Shown in pieces: positions 47,071 through 55,848 of a DNA stretch of 64,000 nt (its first letter is position 1; every line of letters starts with the position of its first letter). The translations under genes were made by a program, and so were the position numbers. Under the pieces are notes generated by a model. The model was not told the origin of the DNA and made no database searches. It saw only the letters and a program-made list of their open reading frames with translations. This DNA is from Myxococcales bacterium (lineage in GTDB: Bacteria; Myxococcota_A; Polyangia; Polyangiales; Polyangiaceae), in the NCBI GenBank assembly GCA_025351875.1, contig JANXVA010000180.1, forward strand, positions 16,517 to 80,516, written 5' to 3'.

Positions 47071-48062
47071 CCGAGCGGGCGCCGACGAAGCGCTCGCACA
47101 GCGCGAAGGCGAGGCGCGAGGTGCACGCGCCGCGCTCCTCTTTCGAGGAGCTCGAGATCCGCACCGAAGACGGCGTCGCGCTTCGCGCGATCGTCCATGA
47201 CCCGCCCGAAGGCGTGGCGCTCCGCGGGTCGTGTGTGATGGCGCATGCCATGTTCGCGCGGAAGACGGAGTTCGGTCGCCGTGAGCGCCCGGGGCTCGCG
47301 CAGGCCTGCGCCGCGAACGGCTGGCGCACGATCGCGTTCGATTTTCGCGGGCACGGCGAGAGCTCGCTCCCGAAGGGCGCGCCCGAGTGGGGCTATGACG
47401 ACCTCGTGCGTCTCGACCTGCCGGCGGTCGTCGAATGTGCGCGCGCGCGCAGCGAACGCAAGCCGGTGGTCGTCGTGGGGCACTCGCTCGGCGGCCACGT
47501 GGCGCTCGCGGCGCAGGGCACGGGCAGGATGAACGCGGACGGCATCGTCGCGATCGCCGCGAACCTGTGGCTGCGCCAGCTCGAGACCTCGCGCGTGCGA
47601 TGGGCCGCGAAGGTCGCGCTCGCGCGCGTGATGCACGAGTCGGTTTCGCGCGTGGGGAAGCTGCCGGCGCGGCAGCTGCGGTTCGGGAGCGACGACGCCT
47701 CGGGGCGCTACGTGCGCGATCTCCTGCGGTTCATGAAAGAGGAGGCGTGGAGGAGCGACGACGGGCGCGACGACTATCTCGCGTCACTCGCGCGAGTCGT
47801 CGCTCCGGTGTGCGCGGTATCGAGCGAGGGCGATCGCATGATGTGCCATCCGGCGTCGGCGGACGCGTTCGCGCGCCTCTGCGGCGGCCCGGTGGAGCTC
47901 GTCCACGTCACGCGCAGCGACGACGGCCGCGGGCCCCCGGGCCACATGGCGCTCGTCACGACCGACCGCGCGCGCACCCCTCTGCTCACCGCGCTCGACT
48001 GGGTAGAAGCGACGATCCTGCGGGCGAGCAAGGACGCGTCGGGCGCGACCACGAATGACTGA
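47067..48062 (+). CDS. Alpha/beta hydrolase
   Basis: FDFRGHG, GHSLGG, GD..C, GHM; ATGA coupling. Confidence 0.88.
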   Translation: MTERAPTKRSHSAKARREVHAPRSSFEELEIRTEDGVALRAIVHDPPEGVALRGSCVMAHAMFARKTEFGRRERPGLAQACAANGWRTIAFDFRGHGESSLPKGAPEWGYDDLVRLDLPAVVECARARSERKPVVVVGHSLGGHVALAAQGTGRMNADGIVAIAANLWLRQLETSRVRWAAKVALARVMHESVSRVGKLPARQLRFGSDDASGRYVRDLLRFMKEEAWRSDDGRDDYLASLARVVAPVCAVSSEGDRMMCHPASADAFARLCGGPVELVHVTRSDDGRGPPGHMALVTTDRARTPLLTALDWVEATILRASKDASGATTND

Positions 48063-48137
48063 GAGCGGCACGGGCCCCATGCCTTCGTGCGCGCATTGCC
48101 CCGGTCGTTCCCAAGGCTTCGTGACGCGCCGCGCGCG

Positions 48138-48857
48138 CTACGCGCGGCCGTAGACCGGGAGCGCGGCTCCGCTGACGTCGCGCGAATCCTCGGAGAGCAG
48201 AAACGCGATGACCGATGAGGCTGAGTCCAGCGAGACCCACCTGGTCGGGTCGGCGGAGGGCATCGACGAGCGGTTCGCCGGCGTGTCCATCGTGCTCGGG
48301 AGGATCGAGTTGATGCGCACGCCGTGCTCGAGCACCTCCTGCGCGACGGTCTGGGCCATCGTGACGACGGCGGCCTTCGACGCGGCGTAGGCCGCCGAGC
48401 CGGTGCTCGTCCATGGACGCTCCACCGCGCGCGAGCCGACGACGACGACGCTGCCGTGCTTCGCCGTGACCATCGACGGCAAGAGCGCCCGCAGCGCGCG
48501 ATAGGCGGTGTCGACGTTGAGCGTGATCATCTTCGCGTAGCCGCTGTCGTCCTTGGCGGCGTGGAGCGGGGCGCCGCCGTCCCAGCCGCCGGCGACGAGC
48601 ACGCCGTGCGTGGGGAGCGCGCCGAACGCCGCCGTCGTCGCCGCGAGCGCGGCGTCCCACGTCGCTGCGGCGGCGAAGTCGCCGGCGTGAGCGAGCGCGT
48701 TCTCCTTGCCGAGCTCGCCCACGAGCTGCGCGAGCCGAGCCTTCGCGCGCTCGGTGTCGAACAGCGCGACGCGGTAGCCCTTGCCGACGAGGTGGGCGGC
48801 GAGCGCGCCGCCGAGCGCGCCGGCGCCTCCGGTGATTGCGGCGATTCGAGTGGTCAT
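48138..48857 (-). CDS. SDR family oxidoreductase
   Basis: TGGAGALG, YAASK, INSILPSTMDTP. Confidence 0.9.
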   Translation of the reverse strand: MTTRIAAITGGAGALGGALAAHLVGKGYRVALFDTERAKARLAQLVGELGKENALAHAGDFAAAATWDAALAATTAAFGALPTHGVLVAGGWDGGAPLHAAKDDSGYAKMITLNVDTAYRALRALLPSMVTAKHGSVVVVGSRAVERPWTSTGSAAYAASKAAVVTMAQTVAQEVLEHGVRINSILPSTMDTPANRSSMPSADPTRWVSLDSASSVIAFLLSEDSRDVSGAALPVYGRA

Positions 48858-48878
48858 GCCGGCGATGCTACGCGACGC

Positions 48879-49814
48879 TCAGCGGAGCTGGAACCGCCCC
48901 ACGATCGGGACGTGATCGGAGAGCCCGCGGAAGACTCCGTTGCGCTGCCCGAAGCGATGCGTGCTCTCGAAATCGAGCCATTTCACCCCGCCGCCGCAGA
49001 ACATGTGATCGAGGTGCATGCGCAGGTTCATGAAGCCCGCGGTCGGCCACTTCACGAGCGCCTCCTCGTCGAGACGATAGAAGTCGGCGAACGCATCCTT
49101 GAAGCCGATCTCGCGGAGCGCGCGATAGACCGGCGAGCCGGGGAGGGCGTTGAAGTCGCCGACGACGACGAAGCGCTCGCTCTTTCGCTCCTTCGTCACG
49201 AAGCGCGCGAGGTTCATCGCCTCCTCGAGCTGGTTCGGGCCCCAGCCCATGCGCCGCGGCTCGAGCCAGAACGCGGACGAGAACGTCGTCGGCAGGCTGA
49301 GGTGGGTGTTGAAGATGTCGAGGTCGAGCCCCGACTTGTGCTCGACGCGCAGGTGCGCGCAGATGCGCGTCTGCTTCAGCTTCTTCACCGGGTGGATGCG
49401 CGAGCGCCGGTGCGTGATGTCGTGCGGTTCGAGCGCGTTGTGATGCGAGACGCGGAAGTCACGCTTGGCGATCACCGCGAGGCCCGTCGTGTAGAGGGGC
49501 GCGACGCTCAGCTTGTACGCGTGCGCGGGGAAGTAATAGGCCTCGTACGAGTCCCTCTTGCCCGCGGCATGGAGCGCGCGATGCAGCATCGCCATCAGGC
49601 GCTCGAGCTGCGTCTCGCCGTCGGGCGCGGGGTGCGCGAGGTTCGAGCGCAGCGAGGTCGTCTCCACCTCCTGCAAGCAGATCACGTCGGCCAGCGGGTC
49701 GAGCCCGGCCAGCGCGCCGGCGATCCGCTCCATCGACTTCGCCGTGCTCGCGATGCCGCGCGTCCCGTGCCCGAAGTAGCGAACGTTGTAGGTGATCACG
49801 CGGACGTCGGGCAT
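48879..49814 (-). CDS. Endonuclease/exonuclease/phosphatase family protein
   Basis: TYNV, LQEV, NTHL, GDFN, LDH, SDH; ATG 49814. Confidence 0.9.
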   Translation of the reverse strand: MPDVRVITYNVRYFGHGTRGIASTAKSMERIAGALAGLDPLADVICLQEVETTSLRSNLAHPAPDGETQLERLMAMLHRALHAAGKRDSYEAYYFPAHAYKLSVAPLYTTGLAVIAKRDFRVSHHNALEPHDITHRRSRIHPVKKLKQTRICAHLRVEHKSGLDLDIFNTHLSLPTTFSSAFWLEPRRMGWGPNQLEEAMNLARFVTKERKSERFVVVGDFNALPGSPVYRALREIGFKDAFADFYRLDEEALVKWPTAGFMNLRMHLDHMFCGGGVKWLDFESTHRFGQRNGVFRGLSDHVPIVGRFQLR

Positions 49815-49846
49815 CGATCGCCTGATTGTAGAACAGCGCGACGCGT

Positions 49847-51424
49847 TCAGGGACGCGCGTTCACCTCGACGGATCCCGCGTAGGCGTACGTCCCGTAGCG
49901 CTTGTCGTTGGCGTAGAGGCGGACGTCGTACGTGCCCGCGGCAGGGAAGTCGCAGTGCATCGCCGTGTGCTGGTCGCCCTTGCACTCGGTGCGGGCCGTG
50001 CCGTGCTTCGGCGTGAAGTCACCGAGGACGAAGACGTTGCGCGGGTTGCCGAGCGCGACGTCGAGCGAGCTGCCGACGGAGACCTGCGAGCGATCGGGGT
50101 TGCGGAGCTCGAGGCCGTGCGCGAAGAACGCCGGCGCGAGGACCGGGCGGCGGAAGAACTCCGCGCGCGAGAGCGGATGCTCGAGGAGCTGCCATTTCTG
50201 CGCGTCGGGAAAATGCGTGATCGCGAACTGGTCGGGCGGCGTGAACAGGTACTCCGTGCCGTACTTCTTCTTGAAGGTGCCGTTGTCGTTCGAGCCGGAG
50301 TCCCACGTCGGGTCGATGAGGTACCAGCTGCCGTTCACGTGCGCCGCGTTCCAGGCGTGGCCTTCGCCTTCCATCGGCGCTTCCTCGGAGCGCGCGTCGC
50401 CGACCACGTAGAGGATCTCGTCGCCCGTCACCTTCGCGAGCTCGGCGAGGAGCTTCGCGTAGCCCGCGCATACGCCGACGCGTGAGCGGAAGACGGCCTG
50501 CGCGTCGCGATCGGCGTCGGGGACCTTGTGCGCGACGTAGTTCGGCGTGTCGTACGCGATGCGATCGGCGACCCAGTCGTGGAGGGCCTTCACGCGCTGG
50601 AGAGGATCGGGCTCGTGCGCGAGGATGTACTTGGCGACGGAGGAGATCGAGACCTCGACCTCCTTTGGCATCGATGCGACGGCGGGGTGGAGAGTGGAGG
50701 GGAAGGGGTAGGCGTTGGGGAGACGGGGTGCGATCGGGGAGAGATCGGGCACGGGCACGGGCACGGGCGCGGGCGCGGGCGAGATCGAGCTGGAGGCGAC
50801 GGGGGAGGGGGCCGTGCCCGAAGGGGATGTGGAGGCGATGGGCGACGTCGGCGTGCCCGATGCGGTGGGGATCGGTTTCGCGGTGGGCGTGGGGGAGGGG
50901 TCGACGCCGTCGCCCTGGCCCTCGCGGCCCTCGCGGTACGGGTTGTCGTGCGACGCGGTGTAGAGCCACTCGACGGCGCCCGCGAGCGTGAGGAGGACCT
51001 TGCGCGTGCTCTCCGCTTTCGGTCCGTGATGGCCGTCGAGCATCCAGTCGCCGCGCGTCGAGAGCGCGACGAACGCGCGCGACGGATACGCCGCGAGCAG
51101 CACCACAAGGAAGACGAGGTTGAGCGCGAGTGTGCGGAGGATCAGACGATCCGAGAACGTGAGGAAGCGGCGGCGGCCCTTCGCCTTCTTGTCCCTCCGT
51201 CCACGGAGGACGCCGATGCCCTCCCATGCGAGCGGTAGGCCTGGGAAGAGGAGCAGCCCCGCCGCGACGGGCAGCCACGTGGCTCGGTTCGCGAATGCAG
51301 CAAGCGATGAAGCGAGCCAGACGCCGGAGAGCGGCGCGCCCACCATCAGCGCGATGCAGAACGCCTTGAAGGCGAACGCCACGCCCGAAAAGCTGGATGC
51401 CGAGCGATCGCTACGCTGCGCCAA
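49847..51424 (-). CDS. Membrane-anchored transglutaminase-like protein
   Basis: N-terminal TMs, Pro-rich linker, GVCAGYA, HAWN, IDPTW (Cys-His-Asp triad). Confidence 0.85.
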   Translation of the reverse strand: MAQRSDRSASSFSGVAFAFKAFCIALMVGAPLSGVWLASSLAAFANRATWLPVAAGLLLFPGLPLAWEGIGVLRGRRDKKAKGRRRFLTFSDRLILRTLALNLVFLVVLLAAYPSRAFVALSTRGDWMLDGHHGPKAESTRKVLLTLAGAVEWLYTASHDNPYREGREGQGDGVDPSPTPTAKPIPTASGTPTSPIASTSPSGTAPSPVASSSISPAPAPVPVPVPDLSPIAPRLPNAYPFPSTLHPAVASMPKEVEVSISSVAKYILAHEPDPLQRVKALHDWVADRIAYDTPNYVAHKVPDADRDAQAVFRSRVGVCAGYAKLLAELAKVTGDEILYVVGDARSEEAPMEGEGHAWNAAHVNGSWYLIDPTWDSGSNDNGTFKKKYGTEYLFTPPDQFAITHFPDAQKWQLLEHPLSRAEFFRRPVLAPAFFAHGLELRNPDRSQVSVGSSLDVALGNPRNVFVLGDFTPKHGTARTECKGDQHTAMHCDFPAAGTYDVRLYANDKRYGTYAYAGSVEVNARP

Positions 51425-51482
51425 TGCGCCGAGAAGCTAAGCACGACAGCGAGCTTTCGCCAGTTTCGGCTACACTCCGCTC

Positions 51483-52997
51483 GTGAATCAACCGCGCGCC
51501 ACGCTCGCGGCCGGGATGGAGGTCACGCCGAGCGTGCGCCTCGTCAGCCCGATCGGCGAAGGCGGAATGGGCGCCGTGTGGCTTGCGGACCACACGGGCC
51601 TGAACACGCGCGTCGTCGTGAAGTTCATGCTCGACGGTCACGATTCGAGCACCAGCGCGCGCACGCGCTTCAAGCGCGAGGCCGAGGCCGCGTCGCAGGT
51701 GAAGAGCCCGCACGTCGTGCAAACGTTCGACCACGGCGTCACCGCCGACGGCGTCCCCTTCATCGTGATGGAGCACCTCGAAGGTCGCGACCTCGGCGTC
51801 GAGCTCACGGCGCGAGGCGCCCTCGATCCCACGACCGTCGTCGTGATCGTCACCCAGATCGCCAAGGCGCTCACGAAGGCCCACGCCGCCGGGCTCCTCC
51901 ACCGTGACATCAAGCCCGCCAACATCTTTCTCTGCCACGGCGAGACGGCGGAGGAGCTCTTCGTGAAGCTCCTCGACTTCGGCATCGCCAAGACCCCGAC
52001 CGCCGCTGGAGAGAGCGAGCTCGACGGACAGACCAAGACCGGACAGGTCGTCGGTACGCCCTTCTACATGAGCCCCGAGCAGGTCACGGCGCAGAAGGTC
52101 GTCGATGCACGCAGCGATCTCTGGTCGCTCGGCATCGTCGCGTTCGAAGCGCTCACGGGTCAGCGCCCCTATGACGGGCCCTCGTTCGGCGCGCTTGCCG
52201 TGAAGATCGCGACCGGCGACCAGCCGAGGCCCTCCGCCGCGAACCCCGCGCTCCCTCCGAGCGTCGATGCGTGGTTCGCGAGGGCGTGTGCGCGTGAGCC
52301 CTCGGCAAGGTTCGCCAGCGCGCGCGAGCTCGCCGATCGCCTTCGCGCGGCGTTCGAGGGCGTCGTCTCGCTGCCGCCCGCGCCTTCGGGTGGCGCGACC
52401 TCCGACCCTCGCCCCGTCAGCTCCGGGTCGCGCCCGACGAAGCCGTCAGCGGGAGTCGAGGCCGATGACACCGGTCGTCCGTCGTTCGTCCTCGCGTCCA
52501 CTGTCCAGACCGACGACTCCGCAGGCGATCCGTCCGCGCTCGCGCGCAGCGAGCCAGGTCGCTCGGTGCCGGCCACCACCGATCGCAGTGACGACTCTCG
52601 CGCGTCGGGCCGAGGCGCCACGCGCGGCAAGGTCGTCGTGCCTGTCGTGGCGCTCGTCGTCGTCGCGCTCGCCCTCGCCGCCGGCTGGAAGGCGAAGGAG
52701 CGAAGCGAGCCCGGACCGCTTCCCTCGACGAACGCGGCGAGCTCGCTGGCGCCGATCGCATCCGCGGTGCCGGCGGCATCCTCGTCTCCGATCGCACGCG
52801 ACACCGCTGCGCTCGCGGCACCGGCTGCGTCTCTGGACCGCCCGGCGACCTCCGCTTCATCGGCTCCCCGCGCTGTTCCGTTCGTGCCGACCGTTCCCGT
52901 GCGATCCTCGGCGGCGGTCGCCTCGGTGAAGCCGACCCCGAGCACCGTCGTCGCGCCTCGCCCCTCCGCGACGGTTCACGACGACCCTCTCTTCTGA
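51483..52997 (+). CDS. Transmembrane Ser/Thr protein kinase
   Basis: GEGGMG, HRDIKPAN, DFG, GTPFYMSPEQ, SDLWS; TM; Ala/Pro/Ser-rich external tail. Confidence 0.94.
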   Translation: MNQPRATLAAGMEVTPSVRLVSPIGEGGMGAVWLADHTGLNTRVVVKFMLDGHDSSTSARTRFKREAEAASQVKSPHVVQTFDHGVTADGVPFIVMEHLEGRDLGVELTARGALDPTTVVVIVTQIAKALTKAHAAGLLHRDIKPANIFLCHGETAEELFVKLLDFGIAKTPTAAGESELDGQTKTGQVVGTPFYMSPEQVTAQKVVDARSDLWSLGIVAFEALTGQRPYDGPSFGALAVKIATGDQPRPSAANPALPPSVDAWFARACAREPSARFASARELADRLRAAFEGVVSLPPAPSGGATSDPRPVSSGSRPTKPSAGVEADDTGRPSFVLASTVQTDDSAGDPSALARSEPGRSVPATTDRSDDSRASGRGATRGKVVVPVVALVVVALALAAGWKAKERSEPGPLPSTNAASSLAPIASAVPAASSSPIARDTAALAAPAASLDRPATSASSAPRAVPFVPTVPVRSSAAVASVKPTPSTVVAPRPSATVHDDPLF

Positions 52998-53013
52998 TGA
53001 ACCGACCCGCCTG

Positions 53014-54009
53014 ATGCGCTCCCGTTCGCTGTCCCTCGCGCTCTCGCTCGCGCTCGCCCTGCCGGTCGTGTCTCCCACGCGCGCGCATGCCGCGCCGGGC
53101 GTCGCTGCCGAACCGAGCGCGGGCGATCTCGCGACCGCACGAAGTGCCCTCAGGGAAGGCCTCGCGCTTCGCGAAAAGGGTGACCTCGTCGGCGCGCTCG
53201 GCCGCCTCACGACGGCGCACGATCTCGTCGCCACGCCGGTCACCCTCTTCGAGCTCGGCAAGACTCACCTCTTGATGGGTCACGTCCTGCAGGCACACGA
53301 GCTCTTCATCAAGATCGGGCGCCTCCCTCCCGCGCTCGAGGAGTCGCAGCGCTCCACGACCGCGCGCGAAGAGGCGAGCCGCCTCGCCGCCGACCTCGAG
53401 CCTCGCATCCCGACCCTGCGCATCAAGCTCGCGAAGCTCCCGCCCGGGGCGAGCGCCGCCGTGCACGTCGACGATGAGCCCGTCGCGATGACCGGCGCAG
53501 TCACGCCGCGCGCGGTCGAGCCCGGCAAGCACGTCATCCTCGCGCGCGCCGGCGACGGCCCGGAGGAGCGCGTCACCATCGAGATCGGCGAAGGGGAGAC
53601 CAAGGACGTCGATCTGTCGCCGCAATGGGTCGCCCCGAAGCCGCCCCCCACGCCGCCGCCCGGCGGACAGGTCGTGTACCTCCGCCAGACGAACCCGCTG
53701 GTCTTCCTCGGCTTCACCGCCGCGTCCGTGTCGGGCACCATCACGGGCGTCGCGTCGGTCCTCGCGATCAACGCGGCGGGCCGCGCTCACGATCGCTGTG
53801 GCTCCGATTACTGCCCTCAGCAGGTTCGCGACTCGGACATCACCGTGATGCGCACGTGGATCGCCGTCACCGCCGTCGCCGGCGCGTCGACGCTCGCGTT
53901 CCTCACGGTCGCGGTGCTCGCGATCTCCCGACCCGTGAACGAGAAGGTCACGGCCGGCGCGAGGCCCTACCTCGGACCCGGCTCGGCCGGCTTCGTGGGA
54001 ACGTTCTGA
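53014..54009 (+). CDS. Exported TPR + PEGA-like protein
   Basis: Signal peptide, helical repeats, VEPGKHVI PEGA-like strand set, C-terminal hydrophobic segments. Confidence 0.75.
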   Translation: MRSRSLSLALSLALALPVVSPTRAHAAPGVAAEPSAGDLATARSALREGLALREKGDLVGALGRLTTAHDLVATPVTLFELGKTHLLMGHVLQAHELFIKIGRLPPALEESQRSTTAREEASRLAADLEPRIPTLRIKLAKLPPGASAAVHVDDEPVAMTGAVTPRAVEPGKHVILARAGDGPEERVTIEIGEGETKDVDLSPQWVAPKPPPTPPPGGQVVYLRQTNPLVFLGFTAASVSGTITGVASVLAINAAGRAHDRCGSDYCPQQVRDSDITVMRTWIAVTAVAGASTLAFLTVAVLAISRPVNEKVTAGARPYLGPGSAGFVGTF

Positions 54010-54011
54010 CC

Positions 54012-54830
54012 ATGGCGATCTCTCGCCCGCTCCTGGTCGCCGCGGGGCTCGCTGCCCTCGGTGCCGCGTTCTCGTGCAAGAAGTTCGACCTGCCGAGCGA
54101 GACCTGCGACCCCTCGAAGCAGCACGGCGGCGAGCTGATGACGCCGCTCAGCGACGCCACGTGCAACAGCTGCCTCGAAGACCGCTGTTGTGACGCCGTA
54201 GGCGTCTGCGAGCGCAAGGCCGACTGCTCGCGGTCGGTCTCCAGCGTGCATGCCTGCGTCGTCCACGCAGGGCTCGCCGGGGCGCGCGCGGAGACGTCAT
54301 GCGCGGACAACGAGTCGCTCGCCGAGAAGCGAGAGGCCGACACCGCCTATCGCTGCATGCGCGAGCAGTGCGGCGCCGAGTGCGGCTTGCCGGTGTGCCG
54401 CGTCGATCCCGCCGCGCTGCTCATCCACAGCGCCAACTGCGACGCATGCTTCTCGAGCTCCTGCTGTCCTCAGCTCAACGCCTGCTACGCGAGCCGTGCG
54501 TGCAAGCTCACGATCGAGTGCATCGTCAAGGAGTGCGGGAGCACCCTCAGCGATACGCTCACGCCCGGCGTCCTCGACGGTGCTCCCGCTGGCGGCCTCG
54601 GAATCTTCGACGGCCAGAAGCTCTGCTCGCGTGACGCTGGACCGGAGGGCGTCGGCCCGCCCACGTGCGTCCAGAAATGCCTCTGCGCGTTCAAGGACAA
54701 CGACCAGGGCCTCGCGCCGCCAGGGCTCGCGCAGCGACCCGTCAACCTCGCTCTTGCGGTCTACCAGTGCGGCGTGAGCGCCGGCTGCGGCCCGTCGTGC
54801 ACGGACCCGGCAGACGCAGCCGCTCCCTGA
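54012..54830 (+). CDS. Cys-rich lipoprotein
   Basis: Lipobox AFSC; 28 Cys after it, with duplicated CxxCxxxxCC. Confidence 0.78.
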   Translation: MAISRPLLVAAGLAALGAAFSCKKFDLPSETCDPSKQHGGELMTPLSDATCNSCLEDRCCDAVGVCERKADCSRSVSSVHACVVHAGLAGARAETSCADNESLAEKREADTAYRCMREQCGAECGLPVCRVDPAALLIHSANCDACFSSSCCPQLNACYASRACKLTIECIVKECGSTLSDTLTPGVLDGAPAGGLGIFDGQKLCSRDAGPEGVGPPTCVQKCLCAFKDNDQGLAPPGLAQRPVNLALAVYQCGVSAGCGPSCTDPADAAAP

Positions 54831-54956
54831 ACTGCTCGGAACTCCCTCGTTTCCAGCGCCGCGTCCGCGCGCGATGGATCTTACTTGGTCCATGTAGGTG
54901 ACTGGAATCCTTCAGTTTTGTGGGATAGCGACAGGCCGCGGTGCTACGTTTTGAGG

Positions 54957-55808
54957 GTGGGGTTGGCCTTCATTCGCTTTACGACCTTCGCGATTGCCGG
55001 CTGTGTCACGGCGGTCGCGCTCTTCGCGTGCTCGTCGAATGCACCGGCGGTGCAGGACGACCTCGTGAGCGGCGAATCGCAGCCGACGAAGGCGCCCGTC
55101 ACCGGCACGCCGAGCCCGAGCCCGACCCGCGCGTCCCCGACGCAGCCCGACGCGAGCGTCCCCGACGCGCCCGCGTCTTGCGTGACGGTGGCGCCGAACA
55201 ATCGTTGCGGTCTCGCTCCTCAGTGTGGCTGCGCGATCAACGAGACGTGCGACGTGACGAACGAGACCACCGGCGCGACGTCATGTGTGACGGCAGGCGG
55301 CGCGACGCTCGGTAGGCCGTGCGTCCAGACCGGTGACTGCCTCGCGGGGCTGACGTGCCAGTACGGCGCGTGTCGTACGTACTGCGGCACCGCGCGGTCG
55401 AAGTGCACCGTCGCCGGCACCGACCTCTGCGTCGAGATGCTCGACAGCGCCGGCAAGGCGATCCTCAACAAGAACTTCTGCACGCTGACGTGCGACCCGC
55501 GCACGCCGGCGGCCGTCTGCGGCACCAACGCGTGCCACTGGTTCGAGGACTTCTACAAGCCGAATTCGGTGAGCGACTGCAACAAGCCGGGCACGAACGC
55601 GCCGTATACGACGTGCGCCCGCGACTCCGATTGCCAGCCAGGCTTCGCGTGCATGAACCACCCGAAGTACGGCCTGGAGTGCGAGCGCTGGTGCCGGATC
55701 GGCGTGGCCGGCGACTGCCCGACGACTCCGGCTGGGCTCACGTGTACGGACGCGTTCGGTGCCCTCGCGCCCGTCATCGGCGGCTTGAAGGAAGGCGTCT
55801 GCCAGTAG
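54957..55808 (+). CDS. Cys-rich lipoprotein
   Basis: Lipobox LFAC; 26 Cys after it; GTG 54957 follows TGC-TACGTT. Confidence 0.78.
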   Translation: MGLAFIRFTTFAIAGCVTAVALFACSSNAPAVQDDLVSGESQPTKAPVTGTPSPSPTRASPTQPDASVPDAPASCVTVAPNNRCGLAPQCGCAINETCDVTNETTGATSCVTAGGATLGRPCVQTGDCLAGLTCQYGACRTYCGTARSKCTVAGTDLCVEMLDSAGKAILNKNFCTLTCDPRTPAAVCGTNACHWFEDFYKPNSVSDCNKPGTNAPYTTCARDSDCQPGFACMNHPKYGLECERWCRIGVAGDCPTTPAGLTCTDAFGALAPVIGGLKEGVCQ

Positions 55809-55848
55809 AGCGCGCGACTGTGGTAGCCCTTCTGCCTAGGGACTCCAC

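Noticed and set aside
50746-50781. Six CGGGC(A/G) hexamer units
   Set aside because: In-frame Pro-Ala/Pro-Val linker codons; a length change would not shift the frame
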